Source: the human T2T-CHM13v2.0 reference genome, Homo sapiens. Taken from it: a DNA stretch of 64,000 nt. This document shows, piece after piece, positions 1 to 12,364 of this stretch. The stretch lies in assembly GCA_009914755.4 (NCBI GenBank), contig CP086569.2, forward strand, positions 12,160,001-12,224,000. The letters run 5' to 3'. Each line of letters starts with the position of its first letter. Within the stretch, counting starts at the first letter, position 1. The notes beneath the pieces are model-generated. The model was not told the origin of the DNA. It saw only the letters and a program-made list of their open reading frames with translations, and searched no databases. The translations under genes were made by a program, and so were the position numbers.

Positions 1-21
1 AATGGAATGGAACGGAATTTA

Positions 22-1398
22 ATGGAATGGAGTCGAAGGAATGGACAGGAATGTAATGGACTCCAATGGAATGGAATGTATCAAAATGGATTTGAACAGA
101 TTGGAATGGAACGGAATGGAATGCAATGAAATGGAATGGACTCGATCAGAACGGACTGGAGAGGAATGTACACAAATGGAATGGAAACGAATGGAATGCA
201 ATGAAATGGAATGGAATGCAATGGAAGTGAAAGGAGCGGAATCAAATGGAATGGAATGGAATGGAATGGAATGGATTGGAATAGAATGAATTTAAATAAA
301 ATAGAATCGATTGCAATGGTATTGAATGGAAGGGACTTGAATGGAATGGAAAGCAATGGAAGATATTGGAATCGAATGGCATCGAATGAAATGGAATGGA
401 ACGGAATGGAACGGACCCGAATGGAATGGAATGGACTCAAATGTAATGGACTCGAATGGAATCGACTGAAATATAATAGACTCGAAATGAATGGCCTCGA
501 GCGGAATTTATTTGAATAGAATGGAATCAAATGGAATACAATAGTATGGAATGGAATCGAATGGAATGGAATCGAATGGAATGTAATCAAATGGAATGGA
601 ACGGAATTCAATATAATGGAGTAGAATGGAATGCATTGGAAAGGAGCAGAGTGGAATCGAGTGGATTGGAATCGAGTGGAATGGAATCAAAGGGAACGAA
701 ATCGAATTGAATGGACTTGAATGGAATTGAGTCGAAAGGAATTGACTCGATAGGAATGGACTGGAACAAAAAGGAATCAAATGGACAGGAATGGAATGGA
801 ATGGACTCGAATGGAATGGAGTCAAATGCAAACGCATCGAATGGAATGGATTCAAATGGAATGCAATTGAATGGAATAGAAAGGAAGAGAATGGAATTGA
901 GAGTAATGGAAAGATATCGATTGGAATGAAATGGAATGGAAAGGAATTGAATGGAAAGGAATGGACTCGAAAGAAATGGATTGGAATGGAATGGTCTCCA
1001 ATGGAATGGACTGGAGTGGAATGGAATCGAATGGAAAGAAAAGAATGGAACGGAATGGAACGGAAAGGAATAGAATGTTATGGAATCCGATTGGACAGAA
1101 TGGAATGGAATGCAGTTTCATGAAATGGAGTCGAATAGAGTGGCATCAAATGAATGGAATGGAGTGGACTCAAAAGGAATGGACTCGAAAGGAATGGAGT
1201 CGAACCAAATTGAATCGAATGGATTGGAGTCGAACAGAATGGAATGGAATGGAATGAACTCGACTGGAGTAGAGAGGAATGAAAAGGAATAGAATGGAAT
1301 GTAATCAAATGGATTGCAAGTGAATGGAATCAAAAATAATAGAAAGGAATGGAGTGTAAAGGGATGATATTGAATTAAATGGAATGGAATGGAATTTA
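22..1398. repeat. Unit A copy 1 (~1377-bp HSat3 sub-repeat: ~90-bp head plus A body).
   Basis: Anchor 'atggaatggagtcgaaggaatggacaggaatgtaatggactccaatgg' at 22 recurs at 1399. The MDRNVMDSNG... ORF recurs at 41, 1418, 2796, 4174 and 5547. Confidence 0.85.
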
Positions 1399-2776
1399 AT
1401 GGAATGGAGTCGAAGGAATGGACAGGAATGTAATGGACTCCAATGGAATAGAATGGATCAAAATGGATTTGAACAGATTGGAATCGAACGGAATGGAATG
1501 CAATGAAATGGAATGGACTCGATCAGAACGGACTGGAGAGGAATGTACACAAATGGAATGGAAACGAAAGGAATGGAATGAAGTGGAATGGAATGCAATG
1601 GAATTGAAAGCAACGGAATCAAATGGAATGGAATGTATTGGAATAGAATGGATTGGAATAGAATGGATTCAAATAAAATAGAATCGATTGCAATGGTATT
1701 GAATGGAAGGGTCTTGAATGGAATGGAAAGCAATGGAAGATATTGGAATTGAATGGCATCGAATGAAATGGAATGGAACGGAATGGAACGGACCCGAATG
1801 GAATGGAATGGACTCAAATGTAATGGACTCGAATGGAATCGACTGAAATATAATAGACTCGAAAGGAATGGCCTCGAGCGGAATTTATTTGAATAGAATG
1901 GAATCAAATGGAATACAATAGTATGGAATGGAATCCAATGGAATGGAATCGAATGGAATGTAATCAAATGGAATGGAATGGAATTCAATATAATGGAGTA
2001 GATTGGAATGCATTGGAAAGGAGCAGAGTGGAATCGAGTGGATTGGAATCGAGTGGAATGGAATCAAAGGGAACGAAATCGAATTGAATGGACTTGAATG
2101 GAATTGCGTCGAAAGGAATTGACTCGAAAGGAATGGACTGGAACAAAAAGGAATCAAATGGACAGGAATGGAGTGGAATGGACTCGAATGGAATGGAGTC
2201 AAATGCAAACGCATCGAATGGAATGGATTCAAATGGAATGCAATTGAATGGAATAGAAAGGAAGAGAATGGAATTGAGAGTAATGGAAAGCTATCGATTG
2301 GAATGAAATGGAATGGAAAGGAATTGAATGGAAAGGAATGGACTCGAAAGAAATGGATTGGAATGGAATGGTCTCCAATGGAATGGACTGGAGTGGAATG
2401 GAATCGAATGGAAAGAAAAGAATGGAACGGAATGGAACGGAAAGGAATAGAATGTTATGGAATCCGATTGGACAGAATGGAATGGAATGCAGTTTCATGA
2501 AATGGAGTGGAATAGAGTGGCATCAAAAGGAATGGAATGGAGTGGACTCAAAAGGAATGGACTCGAAAGGAATGGAGTCGAACCAAATTGAATCAAACGG
2601 ATTGGAGTCGAACAGAATGGAATGGAATGGAATGAACTCGACTGGAGTAGAGAGGAATGAAAAGGAATAGAATGGAATGTAATCAAATGGATTGCAAGTG
2701 AATGGAATCAAAAATAATAGAAAGGAATGGAGTGTAAAGGGATGATATTGAATTAAATGGAATGCAATGGAATTTA
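1399..2776. repeat. Unit A copy 2 (1378 bp).
   Basis: Same anchor at 1399 and 2777. The ORF sets at 1418..1681 and 1458..1988 mirror those of copy 1. Confidence 0.85.
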
Positions 2777-4154
2777 ATGGAATGGAGTCGAAGGAATGGA
2801 CAGGAATGTAATGGACTCCAATGGAATGGAATGGATCAAAATGGATTTGAATAGATTGGAATGGAACGGAATGGAATGCAATGAAATAGAATGGACTCGA
2901 TCAGAACGGACTGGAGAGGAATGTACACAAATGGAATGGAAACGAAAGGAATGGAATGAAATGGAATGGAATGCAATGGAATTGAAAGCAACGGAATCAA
3001 ATGGAATGGAATGTATTGGAATAGAATGGATTGGAATAGATTGGATTCAAATAAAATAGAATCGATTGCAATGGTATTGAATGGAAGGGACTTGAATGGA
3101 ATGGAAAGCAATGGAAGATATTGCAATTGAATGGCATCGAATGAAATGGAATGGAACGGAATGGAACGGACCCGAATGGAATGGAATGGACTCAAATGTA
3201 ATGGACTCGAATGGAATCGACTGAAATATAATAGACTCGAAAGGAATGGCCTCGAGCGGAATTTATTTGAATAGAATGGAATCAAATGGAATACAATAGT
3301 ATGGAATGGAATCCAATGGAATGGAATCGAATGGAATGTAATCAAATGGAATGGAATGGAATTCAATATAATGGAGTAGATTGGAATGCATTGGAAAGGA
3401 GCAGAGTGGAATCGAGTGGACTGGAATCGAGTGGAATGGAATCAAAGGGAACGAAATCGAATTGAACGGACTTGAATGGAATTGAGTCGAAAGGAATTGA
3501 CTCGAAAGGAATGGACTGGAACAAAAAGGAATCAAATGGACAGGAATGGAATGGAATGGACTCGAATGGAATGGAGTCAAATGCAAACGCATCGAATGGA
3601 ATGGATTCAAATGGAATGCAATTGAATGGAATAGAAAGGAAGAGAATGGAATTGAGAGTAATGGAAAGATATCGATTGGAATGAAATGGAATGGAAAGGA
3701 ATTGAATGGAAAGGAATGGACTCAAAAGAAATGGATTGGAATGGAATGGTCTCCAATGGAATGGACTGGAGTGGAATGGAATCGAATGGAAAGAAAAGAA
3801 TGGAACGGAATGGAACGGAAAGGAATAGAATGTTATGGAATCCGATTGGACAGAATGGAATGGAATGCAGTTTCATGAAATGGAGTCGAATAGAGTGGCA
3901 TCAAAAGGAATGGAATGGACTGGATTCAAAAGGAATGGACTCGAAAGGAATGGAGTCGAACCAAATTGAATCAAATGGATTGGATTCGAACAGAATGGAA
4001 TGGAATGGAATGAACTCGACTGGGGTAGAGAGGAATGAAAAGGAATAGAATGGAATGTAATCAAATGGATTGCAAGTGAATGGAATCAAAAATAATAGAA
4101 AGGAATGGAGTGTAAAGGGATGATATTGAATTAAATGGAATGGAATGGAATTTA
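2777..4154. repeat. Unit A copy 3 (1378 bp).
   Basis: Anchor at 2777 and 4155. The ORF sets are repeated. Confidence 0.85.
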
Positions 4155-5527
4155 ATGGAATGGAGTCGAAGGAATGGACAGGAATGTAATGGACTCCAAT
4201 GTAATGGAATGGATCAAAATGGATTTGAACAGATTGGAATCGAACGGAATGGAATGCAATGAAATGGAATGGACTCGATCAGAACGGACTGGAGAGGAAT
4301 GTACACAAATGGAATGGAAACGAAAGGAATGGAATGAAATGGAATGGAATGCAATGGAATTGAAAGGAACGGAATCAAATGGAATGGAATGGAATGGAAT
4401 GGATTGGAATAGAATGGATTCAAATAAAATAGAATCGATTGCAATGGTATTGAATGGAAGGGACTTGAATGGAATGGAAAGCAATGGAAGATATTGGAAT
4501 CGAATGGCATCGAATGAAATGGAATGGAACGGAATGGAACGGACCCGAATGGAATGGAATGGACTCAAATGTAATGGACTCGAATGGAATCGACTGAAAT
4601 ATAATAGACTCGAAAGGAATGGCCTCGAGCGGAATTTATTTGAATAGAATGGAATCAAATGGAATACAATAGTATGGAATGGAATCGAATGGAATGGAAT
4701 CGAATGGAATGTAATCAAATGGAATGGAACGGAATTCAATATAATGGAGTAGAATGGAATGCATTGGAAAGGAGCAGAGTGGAATCGAGTGGATTGGAAT
4801 CGAGTGGAATGGAATCAAAGGGAACGAAATCGAATTGAATGGACTTGAATGGAATTGCGTCGATAGGAATTGACTCGAAAGGAATGGACTGGAACAAAAA
4901 GGAATCAAATGGACAGGAATGGAATGGAATGGACTCGAATGGAATGGAGTCAAATGCAAACGCATCGAATGGAATGGATTCAAATGGAATGCAATTGAAT
5001 GGAATAGAAAGGAAGAGAATGGAATTGAGAGTAATGGAAAGATATCGATTGGAATGAAATGGAATGGAAAGGAATTGAATGGAAAGGAATGGACTCGAAA
5101 GAAATGGATTGGAATGGAATGGTCTCCAATGGAATGGACTGGAGTGGAATGTAATCGAATGGAAAGAAAAGAATGGAACGGAATGGAACGGAATGGAATA
5201 GAATGTTATGGAATCCGATTGGACAGAATGGAATGGAATGCAGTTTCATGAAATGTATTGGAATATAGTGGCATCAAAAGGAATGGAATGGAGTGGACTC
5301 AAAAGGAATGGACTCGAAAGGAATGGAGTCGAACCAAATTGAATCAAATGGATTGCAGTCGAACAGAATGGAATGGAATGGAATGAACTCGACTAGAGTA
5401 GAGAGGAATGAAAAGGAATAGAATGGAATGTAATCAAATGGATTGCAAGTGAATGGAATCAAAAATAATAGAAAGGAATGGAGTGTAAAGAGATGATATT
5501 GAATTAAATGGAATGGAATGGAATTTA
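4155..5527. repeat. Unit A copy 4 (1373 bp).
   Basis: Anchor at 4155 and 5528. It carries a small internal indel relative to copies 1-3: the 'gaagtgaaaggagcggaatcaaatgg' stretch is shortened. Confidence 0.8.
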
Positions 5528-6875
5528 ATGGAATGGAGTCGAAGGAATGGACAGGAATGTAATGGACTCCAATGGAATGGAATGGATCAAAATGGATTTG
5601 AATAGATTGGAATGGAACGGAATGGAATGCAATGAAATGGAATGGACTCGATCAGAACGGACTGGAGAGGAATGTACACAAATGGAATGGAAACGAAAGG
5701 AATGGAATGAAATGGAATGGAATGCAATGGAATTGAAAGGAACGGAATCAAATGGAATGGAATGGTATGGAATGGATTGGAATAGAATGGATTCAAATAA
5801 AATAGAATCGATTGCAATGGTATTGAATGGAAGGGACTTGAATGGAATGGAAAGCAATGGAAGATATTGGAATCGAATGGCATCGAATGAAATGGAATGG
5901 AACGGAATGGAACGAACCCGAATGGAATGGAATGGACTCAAATGTAATGGACTCGAATGGAATCGAATGAAATATAATAGACTCGATAGGAATGGCCTCG
6001 AGCGGAATTTATTTGAATAGAATGGAATGAAATGGAATACAATAGTATGGAATGGAATCGAATGGAATGGAATCGAATGGAATGTAATCAAATGGAATGG
6101 AACGGAATTCAATATAATGGAGTAGAATGGAATGCATTGGAAAGGAGCAGAGTGGAATCGAGTGGATTGGAATCGAGTGGAATGGAATCAAAGGGAACGA
6201 AATCGAATTGAACGGACTTGAATGGAATTGAGTTGAAAGGAATTGACTCGAAAGGAATGGACTGGAACAAAAAGGAATCAAATGGACAGGAATGGAATGG
6301 AATGGACTCGAATGGAGTGGAGTCAAATGCAAACGCATCGAATGGAATGGATTCAAATGGAATGCAATTCAATGGAATAGAAAGGAAGAGAATGGAATTG
6401 AGAGTAATGGAAAGATATCGATTGGAATGAAATGGAATGGAAAGGAATTGCATAGAAAGGAATGGACTGGAAAGAAATGGATTGGAATGGAATGCTCTCC
6501 AATGGAATGGACTGGATTGGAATGGAATCGAATGGAATGTAAAGAATGGAACGGAATGGAACGGAAAGGAATAGAATGTTATGGAATCCGATTGGACAGA
6601 ATGGAATGGAATGGAGTTTCATGAAATGGAGTCGAACAGAGTGGCATCAAAAGGAATGGAATGGAATGGAGTGGACTCAAAAGGAATGGACTCGAAAGGA
6701 ATGGAGTCGAACAGAATGGAATGGAATGGAATGAACTCGACTGGAGTAGAGAGGAATGTAAAGGAATAGAATGGAATGTAATCAAATGGATTGCAAGTGA
6801 ATGGAATCAAAAATAATAGAAAGGAATGGAGTGTAAAGAGATGATATTGAATAAAAGGGAATGGAATAGAATTTA
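5528..6875. repeat. Unit A copy 5 (1348 bp). This is a transitional copy whose 3' part is already of the HOR type.
   Basis: The head anchor is at 5528. The tail at 6580-6720 lacks the 33-bp 'caaattgaatc[ga]aatggattggagtcgaac' that copies 1-4 have, and it matches the A-body tail of HOR copies H1, H2 and H4. Confidence 0.75.
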
Positions 6876-9800
6876 ATGGAATGGAGTCTCAGGAATGGAC
6901 AGGAATGTAATGGACTCCAATGGAATGGAATGGATCAAAATGGATTTGAACAGATTGGAATCGAACGCAATGGAATGCAATGGAATGGAATGGACTCGAA
7001 TGGAGAAGAGACAAATGGAATGGAAACGAATTCAATGGAATTGAAAAGAATAGAATGGAATGGCCTGTAATGGTAAGATACTAAATGGAATGGAATTGAA
7101 TGGAATGTAGTTTAATGGACCCAAATGTAATGCACTCGAATGGAATATACTGAAATAGAATGGAATCGAAAGGAAAGGTCTCAAATGGAATTTCTTCAAT
7201 ATAATGGAATCGAATGGAATGCAATAGAATGGAAAGGAATCGAATGTAATGGAATCAAATAGAATGGACCAGAATGGAATGGACTGCGATAGAACGTACT
7301 GCAGTGTAAAGGATTGAATTCTAATTCATTCAAATGGAATGGAATTGAATGGAATGGAATCCAATGGAATGGATAGGATTGTACTGGAATGGAATAGCAT
7401 GGAATGCAACGGAGTGGAATGGAGTTGAATGAAGTGGAATGGAATCGATTGGAATGGAATCAAATGGAATGGACGGGAATGGAATGGACTGGAAGAGAAC
7501 AGACTCGAATATAATGGATTGCAATGTAATTGATTGAAATGGAATGGAATCAAATGGAATGTAATAAAATTGAAGGGATTGGAGTTCAATGCAATGAAAT
7601 AGAATGGAATGCAAAGGAAAGGAAAGGCACGGAGTGAAATCGAGTGTAATGGAATCGAATGGAATGAAATCGAATGGAATGGACTCAAAAGAAATGGACG
7701 AGGGACAAAACGGAATCGAACTGTTTGGAATCGAATGGAACGGAATGGAATGGAATGGTCTCCATTGGATGGGAGTAGAACGGATTGGAATGAAATGGAA
7801 TGGAAAGGAATAGAATGGAATGGAAAGGAATGGAAGGTAATGGAAAGATATCGAACGGATTGGAAAGGAATGGAATGGACGCTAATGGAATGGAGTGAAA
7901 TTCAACAGAAACGAATGGAATGGACAGGAGTGAAATGGAGTCGAATGTAATTGACTGGAGAGGAATGGGCTCGAAAGGAATGGACTCAAATAGAATGGAC
8001 TGGAATGGATTGTACTCGAATGGAGTGGAAAGGAATAAAATGGATTCCACCAGATTGGAATGGAACAGAATGTAATGGAATGGAATGGAATGCAATGGAA
8101 TGGCTCGAATGGAATGGAGTCGAATGCAATGGAAGAGAAAGGAAAGGAATTGGATGGAATTGAAAGTAATAGAATGAAATGGAGTGCAAAGGAAAGATAT
8201 CGAATGGAATGGATCGAAAAGAAATAGAATGGAATTGACAGGAATGGAATGGAATAGAATGGAATAGACTGGCGTGAAATGAAAACGAATGGAATGGAAA
8301 CGAATGGAATGGAATGGAAAGGAATGGAGTAGAATAAATACTATGGAATGGAATGGAATGGAATGGAATGGAGGCGAAAGGAAAAGAATGGATTGGAATG
8401 TCACCGAATGGAAAGATATGGAATGGAAAGGAATGGATACGAATGGAATGGAATAGAAAGGAACGGAAAGGTAAAGAATGGAATGGAATCGGATAGAATG
8501 GAATGCAATGTAATGGAGTCGAATGGAAAATAATCGAGTAGAATGATATCGAATGGAATGGAATGGAATGGACTCGAATGGAATGTACTCAAATGGATTA
8601 GAATAGAATGGAATGGAACTAAACGTAATGAACTCGAATGGAATGGACACAAATAGAATGGAAGAGAAAGGAATGGTATTGAATGGAATTTATTCGAATA
8701 GAATGGAATTCAATGGAATGCAACAGTGTGGCATGGAATCAAATGGAATGGAATCGAATGGAATGGACCCGAGTGGAATGGACTCACATAGAACAGCCTC
8801 GAATGTAATGGATGACAATGTATTAGATTCGAAAGGACTGAAATCGAATGGAATGTAATCAAATAGAACGGAATTGAATGCATGGAATGGCATAGAAAGT
8901 AATGCAATGGAATGGAATAGACTGGAATGGAATGGAATCGGATGGAATGTAATGAAATGTAATGGAAGGAATGCCATGGAATGGAATGGAATGGAATGCA
9001 ATGGCCCGGTGTATAATGGAGTGCAATGGATTTCAGTGGAATGTAGTCAAAAGGAATGAAATAGAATGGAATTCAATATAATGGAATGGCATCCAATGGC
9101 AAGGAATGGAGCGGACTCCAATGGAAACGACATGAAAGGAATATAATATAATGGAATGGCATTGAACGAAATGGAATGCAATGGGGTTAAAAGGTAAAAT
9201 ATCGAATGGAAAAGAATTGAATGGACTCGAATGGAATATAATGGAATGGAATGGTCTCGAATGGAATGTACTAGAGTTGAATGGAATCGAATGGAATGGA
9301 AAACAATGGAAAGGAAAGGAAGGGAATTGAAAGGAAAGGAATAGAATGGAATGGAATCGGATGGAACAGAATTGAATGGAATGGAAACTAAAGGAATAGA
9401 ATAGAAAGCAATGGCATTGAATGGAATGGAAATGAATGGAATCAGATGGAACAGAAAGGAATGGAATGGCATCGAATGGATTGGAATGGAATGTAATGGA
9501 ATGGAATGGAAAGGAATGGAATGGACTCAAATGGAATGTACTCAAATGGAATAGAATAGAATGGAATAGAAGTAAATATAATGGACTCGAGAGGAATGGA
9601 TTGGAATAAATTGGAATTGAATGTATTGGATTCGAATGGAAAGGAATGGAATGGAATGGAATGGAATGGATTCGAATGGAATGGAACGAATTGGAATGTA
9701 ATTGAATGGAGTCGAAAACAGTAGAAAGAAAAGAAGTTTAATCGAATGATATCGAATGGAATTGAATGGAATGTACGCGAATGGAATGGACTGGAATGGA

Positions 9801-12364
9801 ATGGAATGACATACAATGGAATCGAAAGGATTGGAATCGAATGAAATGGAATTGAATGGAATACAAAAGAATAGAAAGGAATGGAGTTTAATGGAAAGAT
9901 ATTAAAGGTAATGGAATGGAATTGAGTGGACACAAATGGAAAGGACTGGAATGGAAAGGACTCGAATGAAATGGACCGCATTAGAATGGACTCGAATGGA
10001 ACGGATTGGTGTGGAATGATCTCGAATGGATTGGAAACGAATGGAATGGAAAAGAATAGAATGGAATGTAATCAAATGGAACGAAATGTAATGGAATGGA
10101 TTCGACTGGAACAGAATTGAATGGAGTGGAGTGGAATGGAATGGAATGCAATCGAATGGAATGGACACGAATGGAATAGAATGAAATGAAATGGCATAGA
10201 ATGGAATGGAATCAATCGAATGGAATGGAATGGAATGGAATGGAATGGAATGGAATGGAATGGATGGAATGGAATGGCATGGAATGGAATGGAATGGCAT
10301 GGAATGAAATTTATTGGAATGGGATGGGCCCAAAAGTAATGGACTCAAATAAAAGGGACTCAAATAGAATGAATTGTAAAGAAACGGTCTCGAATGTAAT
10401 TTCTTTGAATAGAATGATATTGAACGGAATGCAATAGTATGGAATGGTATCGAATAGAATGGAATGGAATGGAACGGAATGGAGTGCATTTGAACGGACT
10501 CAAATGCAATAAATTGCAATATAATTGATTCAAATGGAATGAAATCGAATAGAATGTAAACAAATGGAATGGAAGGCAATGCAATGGAAAGGAATCGAAT
10601 GAAATGGAATAAATGGGATGGAATCGAATGGAAAGGACGCGAATATAATGGACTGTTAAGGAAAGGTCTCGAATCGAATTTATTCCAATAGAATGGAATC
10701 GAATGGAATGCAATACTATTGAATCGAATCGAATGGAATGGAATTGAATGGAATGGACAGGAATGGAATGAACTGGAAGTGAATGGACAAGAACGTAATA
10801 TACTGCAATGTAATTTATTCAAATGGAATGGAAAGCAATCGAATGGAATGGACGCGATTGCAATGGACTGGAGTGGAATGGACTGAAATGGAATGGAAAC
10901 GAATGTAATGGAATGGAACGGAAAGCAAAGGAATCTACCGGAATGGAATCGAACGGAACAGAAAGGAATGGAATAGAATGGAGTGGAATGGACTCGAATG
11001 GAATGTATTCGAATGTAATGGACCTGAAAGGAATGTAATCCAATGGAATGGAATGGAATGGAATCAAAAGGAATAGAAAGGAATAGAGTGTAATTGAATG
11101 ATATCGAATGGAAGGGAATGGAATGAACTCGAATGGAATGCACTGGAATGGAATGGACTCGATCAGAACGGACTGGAGAGGAATGTACACAAATGGAATG
11201 GAAACGAATGGAATGGAATGCAATGGAATTGAAAGGAACGGAATCAAATGGAATGGAATGGAATGGAATGGATTGGAATAGAATGGATTCAAATAAAATA
11301 GAATCGATTGGAATGGTATTGAATGGAAGGGACTTGAATGGAATGGAAAGCAATGGAAGATATTGGAATCGAATGGCATCGAATGAAATGGAATGGAACG
11401 GAATGGAACGGACCCGAATGGAATGGAATGGACTCAAATGGAATGGACTCGAATGGAATCGACTGAAATATAATAGACTCGAATGGAATGGCCTCGAGCG
11501 GAATTTATTTGAATAGAATGGAATCAAATGGAAAACAATAGTATGGAATGGAATGGAATCGAATGGAATGTAATCAAATGGAATGGAACGGAATTCAATA
11601 TAATGGAGTAGAATGGAATGCATTGGAAAGGAGCAGAGTGGAATCGAGTGGATTGGAATCGAGTGGAATGGAATCAAAGGGAACGAAATCGAATTGAATG
11701 GACTTGAATGGAATTGAGTGGAAAGGAATTGACTCGAAAGGAATGGACTGGAACAAAAAGGAATCAAATGGACAGGAATGGAATGGAATGGACTCGAATG
11801 GAGTGGAGTCAAATACAAACGCATCGAATGGAATGGATTCAAATGGAATGCAATTCAATGGAATAGAAAGGAAGAGAATGGAATTGAGAGTAATGGAAAG
11901 ATATCGATTGGAATGAAATGGAATGGAAAGGAATTGCATGGAAAGGAATGGACTCGAAAGAAATAGATTGGAATGGAATGGTCTCCAATGGAATGGACTG
12001 GAGTGGAATGGAATCGAATGGAATGAAAAGAATGGAACGGAATGGAACGGAAAGGAATAGAATGTTATGGAATCCGATTGGACAGAATGGAATGGAATGG
12101 AGTTTCATGAAATGGAGTCGAATACAGTGGCATCAAAAGAAATGGAATGGAATGGAGTGGACTCAAAAGGAATGGACTCGAAAGGAATGGAGTCGAACAG
12201 AATGGAATGGAATGGAATGAACTCGACTGGAGTAGAGAGGAATGTAAAGGAATAGAATGGAATGTAATCAAATGGATTGCAAGTGAATGGAATCAAAAAT
12301 AATAGAAAGGAATGGAGTGTAAAGGGATGATATTGAATAAAATGGAATGGAATGGAATTTAATG
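6876..12364. repeat. HSat3 HOR copy H1 (5489 bp, early-type a).
   Basis: The B-head anchor 'atggaatggagtctcaggaatggacaggaatgtaatggactcc' is at 6876 and recurs at 12365. The unique anchor 'ctgtaatggtaagatactaaatgg' is at about 7067. Confidence 0.85.
7060..7335. repeat. Diverged, less pentameric segment that occurs once per HOR and serves as an HOR-specific anchor. Example given in H1.
   Basis: 'ctgtaatggtaagatactaaatgg ... ctgcagtgtaaaggattgaattctaattcattcaaatgg'. It recurs at about 12553, 18058, 24118, 29610, 35118, 40650, 46170, 51765, 57350 and 62930. It contains a short opposite-strand fragment 'ttcattc' and the 6-bp inverted arms tgaatt / aattca. Confidence 0.7.

Noticed and set aside
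180-195. The 'ggaaacgaatgg' motif, which recurs often, considered as a possible CENP-B box.
   Set aside because: Only the GGAAACG core overlaps the 17-bp CENP-B box (TTCGTTGGAAACGGGA). The essential flanking TTCG and CGGGA are absent. The CENP-B box belongs to alpha satellite, not HSat3.
41-289. Numerous short + strand ORFs beginning with Met (MEWNGMEWNG...).
   Set aside because: GGAATGGAATGG supplies an ATG every 5 nt. The products are W/N/G/E/M low-complexity peptides. These are artefacts of the satellite.
7300-7335. The near-palindrome 'tgaattctaattca' with an EcoRI site, considered as a possible protein-binding site or insertion scar.
   Set aside because: It is only a 6-bp arm inverted repeat with a mismatched centre. 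GAATTC also occurs many times elsewhere in each HOR (for example 'ggaattcaat'). The motif is most simply a tiny local inversion or mutation inside satellite sequence.
9902-11842. A 646-aa ORF on the - strand, together with other very long ORFs of 575 aa at 15623..17350, 562 aa at 26969..28657 and 407 aa at 20925..22148.
   Set aside because: The translation is pure low-complexity 'IPFHSIPFHS...', the reading of (ATTCC)n, which has no stop codon in any frame. ORF length tracks the absence of random mutations rather than selection. It has no start or stop context and no domain-like sequence, and the same 'protein' recurs in every HOR copy with frame-shifting indels.
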